DNA of 64,000 nucleotides from Candidatus Latescibacterota bacterium. GTDB taxonomy: Bacteria; Latescibacterota; UBA2968. The notes beneath the pieces are model-generated. The model searched no databases. It was not told where the DNA came from and was given only the letters and a program-made list of their open reading frames with translations. Numbering within the stretch: position 1 is the first letter of the stretch; every line of letters begins with the position of its first letter. Where the stretch lies: NCBI GenBank assembly GCA_965222605.1, contig OZ244960.1, forward strand, positions 5,216,001 through 5,280,000, written 5' to 3'. The position numbers and the translations under genes are program-made. Shown one piece after another: positions 8,513-16,573 of the stretch.

Positions 8513-11500
8513 TCAGAAGGACACCATCACCCCCAACTCGATCTCCCTTGGGAACCCGGCATACCGGCTCAGTTCTCCGGTATCTCCGAACTGTTTGTAC
8601 TTGCCGCTGTCGGGCCTGGGTTGATCCAGACCGTTTTTCCACCAGTCCACACCCGGCCTGGGCTGTAGATCGCGCTGGTTAAACAGGTTCCTGACGTTGA
8701 AATAGAGTGTGGGACGCACCTGGTTGCGGAGCTGGAACCGCTTCACAAAGGCCAGGTCGGCCCGGGTATGCACAGGTCCGAACCACCACTTCGGTGGCTC
8801 GCCAGGTAGTGCGAACCGCCTGGCCCTCCCCTCCTGCATCCGATAGACCAACGTGACGCTGATGTCGCTCCACACCGGTCCATAGTCCGTCGGCGAGTGA
8901 TACATAAACACCGCCGACCCGAAACCCGGCCGTTCGGTGCCGAAGGTCCCCTGGGCTGTGTTCCGCCCCCGGGGATTCACATTAAACTGTTTGTAGGACC
9001 ACATGCCAGGCCAATCCTCCATTTCTTTGATCTCGGATTCCTTTAGCGGATCGTAGTCCGCCGCCGCGCCATTCTGGATGGCCCGGAGCCGTTCGTTGGC
9101 CCGGTGGCCGAATTCCATGATCTCATCGTTGGTCAGCGACACTGGCACTTCCGCTCCGGAATCGCTGCTGTTCACCTGTCCGTCGCCGTTGGTGTCCCGG
9201 GAGTGCGTCACATAGTAGTTGGTTCCGGTGGCGACCCAGTTCGAGTCGGGCACAAAGTAGGTCCGCCACCACCCGGACTGGCGTGCGGCCGACACCCACT
9301 GCTTATTGTACGAAACCATGAATGCGAACCCGTGGCTGAGATTCTTCCTCAGCGACAGCTCGATGCCCCGGACGTCCTCATAGGAGTTGTTCCTCCAGTC
9401 GGCCCCACCGCGCTGGGGGGCTTGCAACTGGGGGTCCCACCAGTAGCTGTTGCCGTAGAAAAACTGATCCGTCCCGCTCTTGTAGAAGACCGTCAGAGAA
9501 CTGATGTAGTCCCCGACAAAGTTCCAGTCGGTTCCGACCTCAAAGCTGGTGGTCGTTTCATACTTGATGCGGTCCCAGAATCCGGACCAGTCCCGCGAGT
9601 CCGATTGGTTCCCGACCTCCGTCGGGTCAATCTGCCCGTTGTTGTTGAAATCTGATGCCCGGGCCCGACTGACCCACCCATACTGAGCGATGTACCATGT
9701 GGAAGGCAACTGGCGAAACACTCCGAAGGAGTAGCGGATCGTGGCTCTGTCGGTGATCGGGTGTGAGACCCCGACCCGGGGACTCCAGGCCTGCAAGGCC
9801 TTGGCATCCACCAGGGGGATGAGTTGTTGGCGCGTCCACGATTTGGTCATCGGCGCCATCGACCAGAGTCCGTGTTCGCCTTGAGGCACCTGGGTGCCCC
9901 AATCCAGCCGGTCGTAGCGGGCGCCCACATTCAGGACCAGCCCGTGAAACTCCATCTTATCCTGGATGTACCAGGACGACTGGATGGGTTCCCACGGCGT
10001 ATCTCTGGTATACGGCTTCCCGGCCACGCGCAGGGAAAAACTCGTCATACTTTGCCAGCGTTCCCATACGGTCAGCACCTTGTCGAACGCGACCTCGAAT
10101 CCGCTCTTGACGAAGTGCCCCTTTGTGATCTGACTGGAGAAATCGAGTTTAAAGTTGATCCGTTCCCGCTTCGTAAACTGATACTCGGTTCTCGTTCTGG
10201 GAGCGGCTGTGAAGTAGCCGTCCGCGTCCCGACGAATGTCCTCGGTAACGCCTTCTCCGTATTGATCTACCGGTACGTTGGTGGTGTCCTGGTTATCCCG
10301 GAAAAAGGAAAGCTTCGCCTCGTAAAATGTCTTGGGCGTCAGGATGTGGGTTAGCGACACATAGGTCAGGTCGTTTTTATACTTGACCTGCCCGGAGCCA
10401 CTTCCCTCCGAAAGAAAGATGTCGCGGCCCAACTGCCTTCTGGCGCCTGAGCCTCCCCAGTAGCTTCCGGAACGGCCGTAGATGCCCCCCACGCCCACCT
10501 TGAACTTTGAGCGCGCATTCCCGGTCAGTTTGTAGGAGGCCTCGATGTTGCCAGGAGAGGCAACCCAACCCGATTTACGGTCTGGGTAGAGGTAGAAGCC
10601 ACGCTGTTTGCCCTCTGGAAACACCGCCGCCAATCCCCGATATCTGGCCGAGGCAAAAAAGGAGGCATTTTCGACCACTGGTCCGGACAGAGTCCCCTCC
10701 AGACGGTGGCCGATCACGCCGGTGTAGTCGGTCCGCTCGTGTACCCTCCGTCCGGTCTCCGGGTCGGTCTCGCCCGTCCAGTTCGAATCGTTCCACTTCA
10801 TCTTATCTTCATAATAGGGGCTGTCATAGACGTTGCTGCCCCAGTGCTTCTTCCCGGCCGGATTCAACAGGTAATCCAGGCTGCCGTGGAAGTCCTTGCT
10901 CCCCTCCTTTGTCACAATATTGACAACACCCGCTTGAGCGTTGCCGTACTCGGCCTCCATCCCGCCTGTAACCACGGCGAGTTCCTGGACAGCACTGGCG
11001 TTGACACCCTGAAAATTTCGGCTGGCGTGCGACCGCCGCTCCACATTGACTGCAGACATGGGCACCCCATCGACGTAATAAACCACGTCACTGCTCCCGG
11101 AGCCAGATGACGACGTGTCTCCACCCCGGATCGAGGTGTCTCCGTCCAGACCGACCCCGGCCAGGAGTTCAAGCACCTGTTCGGTGTCCTTGACGAGGGG
11201 AGCGACATCCTCGATGTTGGATTTATCCAGGATGTATTTTGTGGTTGTCCTGTCCGGCTCCACAGGGGGCCGCTCCGCAACGACCACTATTGCGGCCATC
11301 TCCAGGGCGGTCTCATTCAGGGTAAAATCCACAGTCGTCGTAAAATCAGCGATGGCCTGGACGTCCGTCTTGGAAACCTGGTCGTAGCCGATCATGGACG
11401 TCGTCAGCGTGTAGATCCCCGGATTCACCAGCAAGATCAAGTAGTCCCCATCTGGCCCTGTGGTGGTACCCTGTGAGGTGCCCTCGATGATCACATTTGC

Positions 11501-11644
11501 TCCGGGCAACGCCTGACCGTTGCTGTCCACGATCTGACCCTTGATCTTCCCTGTGGTCCCGGCAACCGCCTGCTCAGAGGTCGCTGAGAACAGCAGCAGA
11601 AAGGCGAGCAGCCCTACAATCCGGAAAACACGATCTCTCTTCAT
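8513..11644 (-). CDS. TonB-dependent receptor with N-terminal carboxypeptidase-regulatory-like domain
   Basis: Signal peptide; GKIKGQIVD..LPGANVII; plug IRGG..YYVDG..GGMEAEYGNAQAGVVNIVTK; YIQDKMEF..LNVGARYD; SPRVGVSHPI; NVRNLFN; terminal F. Confidence 0.92.
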   Translation of the reverse strand: MKRDRVFRIVGLLAFLLLFSATSEQAVAGTTGKIKGQIVDSNGQALPGANVIIEGTSQGTTTGPDGDYLILLVNPGIYTLTTSMIGYDQVSKTDVQAIADFTTTVDFTLNETALEMAAIVVVAERPPVEPDRTTTKYILDKSNIEDVAPLVKDTEQVLELLAGVGLDGDTSIRGGDTSSSGSGSSDVVYYVDGVPMSAVNVERRSHASRNFQGVNASAVQELAVVTGGMEAEYGNAQAGVVNIVTKEGSKDFHGSLDYLLNPAGKKHWGSNVYDSPYYEDKMKWNDSNWTGETDPETGRRVHERTDYTGVIGHRLEGTLSGPVVENASFFASARYRGLAAVFPEGKQRGFYLYPDRKSGWVASPGNIEASYKLTGNARSKFKVGVGGIYGRSGSYWGGSGARRQLGRDIFLSEGSGSGQVKYKNDLTYVSLTHILTPKTFYEAKLSFFRDNQDTTNVPVDQYGEGVTEDIRRDADGYFTAAPRTRTEYQFTKRERINFKLDFSSQITKGHFVKSGFEVAFDKVLTVWERWQSMTSFSLRVAGKPYTRDTPWEPIQSSWYIQDKMEFHGLVLNVGARYDRLDWGTQVPQGEHGLWSMAPMTKSWTRQQLIPLVDAKALQAWSPRVGVSHPITDRATIRYSFGVFRQLPSTWYIAQYGWVSRARASDFNNNGQIDPTEVGNQSDSRDWSGFWDRIKYETTTSFEVGTDWNFVGDYISSLTVFYKSGTDQFFYGNSYWWDPQLQAPQRGGADWRNNSYEDVRGIELSLRKNLSHGFAFMVSYNKQWVSAARQSGWWRTYFVPDSNWVATGTNYYVTHSRDTNGDGQVNSSDSGAEVPVSLTNDEIMEFGHRANERLRAIQNGAAADYDPLKESEIKEMEDWPGMWSYKQFNVNPRGRNTAQGTFGTERPGFGSAVFMYHSPTDYGPVWSDISVTLVYRMQEGRARRFALPGEPPKWWFGPVHTRADLAFVKRFQLRNQVRPTLYFNVRNLFNQRDLQPRPGVDWWKNGLDQPRPDSGKYKQFGDTGELSRYAGFPREIELGVMVSF

Positions 11645-11674
11645 ATTCTTCTCCTTTCATTGACAGGTTGCGGA

Positions 11675-12370
11675 TCACATATAAAACTTCACTCCAGCCC
11701 CGATGTCGAACAAGTGAAACGGATGGGTCTTTTTCACACCCCAGTTCAGGAAGGGCCTGAGCTCTCCAATGATCACATTGTAACTCACACGCAGGTCCAG
11801 GGCAGCCTTCGGACCCAAGAAGATCTGCATCCCGCCCCCTCCGCTTACACCCAGCGCTGTTCGCGTATCGTCGATCGCCTCCAGGAGCAGGGTCTGATCC
11901 AGCGTGGCGCCCCCTTGTTCGGGAAAGATGAGCCCGCTCACCTTAGAATGGTAGTTGTGGAACCCGGCCCCAACGGTAAGATAGGGAACGCTTCCTTCGC
12001 CTTCGAACTTCTTATCCTTCAGGGCGAAAAGCCAGTTGACCGCCAGGCTGTTAAAGGTCATATCGGACTTGGCCTGTGGACTTGCGTAGTCCCTTCCATC
12101 CTTGAACCGAAACGTCCGTCCCTCGAGGCTGCCGCCCGCAAACTTCGAGTAGTAATACTCCACTTCCACGATCCGTGCCGGACTGGTTACAAAGTGCGCA
12201 GCAGCCCCAAGCTTGAATCCCTCGGTGTACATATCTCTGAAGTTAAACAGCGGCGAATAGAGCTCGGCGGATACGCCGAACCCTCCTCTGTGGCCCTCTT
12301 CCTGAGCCACAGCAAAAGCCGTGGGCGACAATACCCACAAGAGAATCCATAAACCCATGATCCTTCTCAT
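11675..12370 (-). CDS. Outer membrane beta-barrel (OmpW/OmpA-TM-like) protein
   Basis: Signal peptide, amphipathic strands, PYLTVGAG, C-terminal DIGAGVKFYM; AAGGAGG RBS. Confidence 0.75.
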   Translation of the reverse strand: MRRIMGLWILLWVLSPTAFAVAQEEGHRGGFGVSAELYSPLFNFRDMYTEGFKLGAAAHFVTSPARIVEVEYYYSKFAGGSLEGRTFRFKDGRDYASPQAKSDMTFNSLAVNWLFALKDKKFEGEGSVPYLTVGAGFHNYHSKVSGLIFPEQGGATLDQTLLLEAIDDTRTALGVSGGGGMQIFLGPKAALDLRVSYNVIIGELRPFLNWGVKKTHPFHLFDIGAGVKFYM

Positions 12371-12419
12371 AAAAACCTCCTTGAAGATACGCAGTCATTT
12401 TTCGACCAACCCACTCGTC

Positions 12420-13538
12420 TCAGATAATCTCCCTTTCCGGACCCAGCCGATTGTAAAACTGGGGGATATAGACCTTCCGGCCCCCCTCGTTGATCGAGAT
12501 TAGCGAACAGATCGCTGCAGCGCAGCTTTTTGCCGCCTCATAGACGTTGATAAATGGCAGCCTATCGTCTAAAATCGCGTCCACGAAGTCGCGGCAGTTG
12601 TGGTACGTACCGCCGCCGTGACCGGTTCTTTTGGCAACCTCGGCATCCAGTTCGAGCCCCACCAACTCCAGGGGCTCAATTTCTCCGGGAAGCCCGCCTT
12701 CCTCCTGTGCATGTGCAATACCGAGTACTCCATTATGCCGATCTCCCTCAACGGCCGCCCTGGTGCCGTATAGCGACTTGTAGAGGTTGCAGCCAGGCCA
12801 GGCCATCGCCTTGCAACAGGCGACCTTCACCGTCACCCCACCGGTCGTCCTGAAAATTGCCGTCTCCCAGTCGTTGACTGTCCGATATGGCGAGTAAATG
12901 CGGTTTCCCAACCCGACCACCTCGGTGAAATCCTGCCCGATGATCCAGCGGATGTCGTCGATCGCGTGAATGCCGCCGCCGGAAGAGATGCTCTCCTGCG
13001 TCGTCGTACCGAACCCGTCCCGCCAGGTCTTCTTTCCATCTCTTACAAACAGGTACACCAGGCTGTGTGTATATTCAGACTCGGCGTAGCATACCTCGCC
13101 GATTGTGCCCTTCTTCACCAGCCGCCTCAAAGTGATCGTGCGTGGATCCCACCGGCTGTTCTGTTCCATGGCCAGCTTCAGCCCCGTTCTCTCTACTGCC
13201 TTGACGATCTCCATGCACTGGTGCAGCTTGTCGGCATTCTCTACCATCGGAATGGTCGTCAGGATGTGCTTTCCCGCCTCCAGGGCCGCCAGACACTCAT
13301 CTCCGTGGCGAAACCCCGGTGTGCCCGTGCAGATGAAGTCCACGTCCTGATCGGCCAGCAGGTCCCCGTAGTCCGTATAGACCCTGGGCACCCCGTACTC
13401 CCTGGCCAACTGATTCGCCTTCTCCTCGTCGATATCGCACACCGCAGCGACATCTACTTCGTCGATGTAGTCGTGGAATGTCCTCAGATGTGACTCCCCG
13501 AATCCAAGCCCCACGATCCCTGCCTTCAAGGTAGCCAT
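12420..13538 (-). CDS. Gfo/Idh/MocA family oxidoreductase
   Basis: Start re-set to MATLKAGIVGLGFG (GGAGGG RBS); AGKHIL, YAESEYTH, GHGG; visibly paralogous to 3001-4197. Confidence 0.88.
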   Translation of the reverse strand: MATLKAGIVGLGFGESHLRTFHDYIDEVDVAAVCDIDEEKANQLAREYGVPRVYTDYGDLLADQDVDFICTGTPGFRHGDECLAALEAGKHILTTIPMVENADKLHQCMEIVKAVERTGLKLAMEQNSRWDPRTITLRRLVKKGTIGEVCYAESEYTHSLVYLFVRDGKKTWRDGFGTTTQESISSGGGIHAIDDIRWIIGQDFTEVVGLGNRIYSPYRTVNDWETAIFRTTGGVTVKVACCKAMAWPGCNLYKSLYGTRAAVEGDRHNGVLGIAHAQEEGGLPGEIEPLELVGLELDAEVAKRTGHGGGTYHNCRDFVDAILDDRLPFINVYEAAKSCAAAICSLISINEGGRKVYIPQFYNRLGPEREII

Positions 13539-13862
13539 CAATTCCCTCCGACAGATAACAATCCGTAAGTCACGCAAATGAAAATGTTGCAACAAATCCA
13601 GGCAATACGATTCCTCGCCAAAACAAACCAACCGTTCCATAGTTAATTTAAGATTAACTAATTTTTACTTAACATCAAAATCTGTTTTTCTAATATTGAA
13701 AGGCGCAATGCAGAAAAATTATAACATTTTTTTTCATTGCTCTGGCCATTAGCTCCTCCGCGCAAGGTTTGGTAGCTAATGGCTTTTTTTATGCGCCTTG
13801 CCAATAAAATTCCGTTTTTACGCTCCAAACTTTTCTCTTATACCCGGGATTGCAGTGCTGCC

Positions 13863-14570
13863 TTAGCCCGGCTGAACTCGCTGCGTGCGCTTTACCCATT
13901 GCCTCAAGCCGGTATCGAAGTGATCCCACACTGCCTGCCGCATCCCGCCCGGATTACGCGCCTTCAGGGCGAGGAAGATCCGCTCGTGGTTCTGGAAGTG
14001 TTCCAGGTCAATTCTCTCCCAGTCCCACCACTCACGGTGAGCCGTAACGAAAAATTCACTCAGCACCCGTCCAAGAGCCTGAGTCGCCAGGTTCCCTGTT
14101 GCTTCGTAGGTCGCAAAGTGAAACGCCCAGTCGTGCGTGTAAAACTCGACAGGACGTTCCAACGCCTCCCGCATCGCTTCCAGGTGTTGCCCCATCGCTT
14201 CTAGCTGATCTTCTGTTACGCGCTCTATTACCATCTCCACAATTCCAATATCCACCGCCCGCCGCAATTCGTACATCTCTATAATCGTCTTTTTATTTAT
14301 GGATGGAATAAAGCTCAGATACTTAAACAAAGCCTGAGGGTCGAACTCTCTGACACTGATCCCATGCCTGGGACGAGCTTCCAGAATGCCTATTGCCTCT
14401 AAAATCTTGACCGCTTCTCGAACGGAGGCACGACTCACGCCAAACGCTTCTGCCATCTCCCGCTCTGTGGCCAACCTGTCTCCGGGCATCAATCCATTCT
14501 GCAAAATATGGTTCTTGATCGCACCGATGATCCTCTTACTCAGATTTTCTTTTTCAATGCTATTAAACAA
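13863..14570 (-). CDS. GntR family, FadR subfamily transcriptional regulator
   Basis: PGDRLATEREMAEAFGVSRASVREA wHTH; FCD domain with DWAFH..ATGN..H. Confidence 0.93.
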   Translation of the reverse strand: MFNSIEKENLSKRIIGAIKNHILQNGLMPGDRLATEREMAEAFGVSRASVREAVKILEAIGILEARPRHGISVREFDPQALFKYLSFIPSINKKTIIEMYELRRAVDIGIVEMVIERVTEDQLEAMGQHLEAMREALERPVEFYTHDWAFHFATYEATGNLATQALGRVLSEFFVTAHREWWDWERIDLEHFQNHERIFLALKARNPGGMRQAVWDHFDTGLRQWVKRTQRVQPG

Positions 14571-14665
14571 AGCCCATTCTCCCGACCTTTCTTTGTATTT
14601 CCATTGTACAGATATTTATGACTTTTTTGCTCTGTTTACAAAACCAGTCATATCATTATATGGTA

Positions 14666-14682
14666 TAATGGTCTGACCATTA
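14666..14682. promoter_or_regulatory. FadR-type operator
   Basis: Perfect inverted repeat TAATGGTC-T-GACCATTA upstream of the FadR gene; matches the TGGT-N3-ACCA pattern known for FadR-subfamily sites. Confidence 0.75.
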
Positions 14683-14825
14683 ATAAAAATAGTACGCCCA
14701 TTCACATCCTCTGTCAAGGATTTTTTGGCTCATGTAGGCTTCGGGATGAAAAATATCTGAGGAGAAGGTATAAACAGTTGACCTCTTGCGAATTGGTGAA
14801 CCTTCCTCTTTGAAAAGGTCTGGCA

Positions 14826-16502
14826 TCAGGCTGCCGAAATGACGGGAAATACGATGTGAGACGGATACCGGCTCGAGTGATGTACGGTCTGCCGGGCCGG
14901 GCGCATCTCTGTATCGGTGCCGAATTCGTGGCCGGTATTTGGGTTGCGGTCGAAGCGCGGAAAGTTGGACGAAGAAATTTCGACACGGATGCAGTGGCCT
15001 TTCCGGAACACGTTGCCGGTGACACTGAGGTCGATTTCGTATTCGTAGATCCGGTTGGGTTCGAGCAGGGTCGGGTTGGTAAGGCTTTCGCGGTATCGAG
15101 CACGCAAGATGCCGTCGCAGAGATTTTTGGCGTAACCCGTAGGGGAGACATCTACGAGCTTGGCCGTCCAGTCGGTGTCCGGGCTGTCGGTAGCGGCGTA
15201 GAGCACGGCTTTGATTGGTCCGGTGACTTCCATGTCGGCTTCCAAGGGAGCCGAGGTGTAACAGAGCACATCGCCGCGCATCTCGACCGGGCGCTGATCG
15301 TAGGGCCCCCAGGGCACGATGTGAGGCGAGCAGCAGTTGTTGCCACCCAGGGTCTGGACGGGGTACCGAGGGTCATAGACGAAGCGGTCCGGGGTGTCTC
15401 CTTCTGGGAGAGTGGGCGACAGGCTCCCGTCGCCGAGCAGGCTGTTGGCACTACCGCAGGAATGGAGGTACCATTTCTGCCACTGAGTGCGCGCCAGGGG
15501 CCATTCGTCTTCATCGCGCCATTCGTTGGTGCCCATGATGAAGAGGCGCAAGGGCGGCTCGTCCACGATGCCGTTGTCGATGCCTTTGAGCCAGTAGTCG
15601 AACCATCGCAGTTCCAGGGCCTCTAAGTCCACCATTGAGTGAGTGCCGAAGTCGATGTCGCCTGTTCGGGGGGAGGTGCTCAAGACGTGGGGCCACGGCC
15701 CCACGATGAGCTTGCTCTGCCGGGCTTCGGGGGTGCGGCCGTGCTGCCGCAGGCCGTTGAAGTTGGTGAAGGTGTTTGCGGCGTAGAGGTCATACCAGCC
15801 GCCCATGTTGAATGCGGGGACAGCGATGTCGCCCCACCGTTTTTCGTCATTGATTTCGTCCCAGTAATCGTCGTAGGCGGCGTGTTGAACCCAGTCTTTC
15901 CAGAAGCCGAGGTCGCGCCCAGCCTGTTCGTCCATTTCTATGAGGGGGAGGTAACGAAAGGCTTCAGTCCAGTTGTGGTATTCGATGCTCTGGGCAGTGC
16001 GGGCGGTGGTGCGCATGCCCCAGGTCATGAGGACGTTGAGCTGAAAGGCACCACCGGGATAGACCAACCCGCTGAAGTAGTCGCAGCAGATGACGCGAGG
16101 GGCAAGGCAGGTGAGATATTGGCTTTTGTGCGGGGCGCTTTGCCACTGGACCAGGCCCAGGTACGAAGCACCGGACATACCAATTTTGCCGTTGCTCCAT
16201 TCCTGGCGGCCGATCCATTCCTGGGTGTCGTAGCCGTCTTCGCCTTCCCGGAAAGGGTAGTCGTTGCCCTCCGAGTCCCAGCGGCCGCGACAGTCCTGCA
16301 TCGCACAGACGTAGCCACAGTTGGCCAGCCGCCGGGCTTTTTCGATCATGGCATCAATGTTATTGCTGTAGGGGGTACGCATCAAGACAGTGGGAAATTT
16401 TCCCGCGGCTCTGGGGAGGTAGATATCAGCGGACAGATTAACCCCGTCCCTCATTGGGATTTTTACATCCAGCCGCATATCTACGCCGTAATTGGGTTCC
16501 AT
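14826..16502 (-). CDS. CocE/NonD family hydrolase (peptidase S15)
   Basis: IPMRDGVNLSADIY, RTPY, QDCRG, GASYLG nucleophile, GGWYD, GPWPH, SSSNFPRFDRN; AAGGAG RBS before ATG 16502. Confidence 0.93.
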   Translation of the reverse strand: MEPNYGVDMRLDVKIPMRDGVNLSADIYLPRAAGKFPTVLMRTPYSNNIDAMIEKARRLANCGYVCAMQDCRGRWDSEGNDYPFREGEDGYDTQEWIGRQEWSNGKIGMSGASYLGLVQWQSAPHKSQYLTCLAPRVICCDYFSGLVYPGGAFQLNVLMTWGMRTTARTAQSIEYHNWTEAFRYLPLIEMDEQAGRDLGFWKDWVQHAAYDDYWDEINDEKRWGDIAVPAFNMGGWYDLYAANTFTNFNGLRQHGRTPEARQSKLIVGPWPHVLSTSPRTGDIDFGTHSMVDLEALELRWFDYWLKGIDNGIVDEPPLRLFIMGTNEWRDEDEWPLARTQWQKWYLHSCGSANSLLGDGSLSPTLPEGDTPDRFVYDPRYPVQTLGGNNCCSPHIVPWGPYDQRPVEMRGDVLCYTSAPLEADMEVTGPIKAVLYAATDSPDTDWTAKLVDVSPTGYAKNLCDGILRARYRESLTNPTLLEPNRIYEYEIDLSVTGNVFRKGHCIRVEISSSNFPRFDRNPNTGHEFGTDTEMRPARQTVHHSSRYPSHIVFPVISAA

Positions 16503-16573
16503 GGGGGCTCCTTCTGAGATGTCTCTATTATCTGTGTGTATCTCACCGGTGGTTGTTTTATGAATCATTCTGA

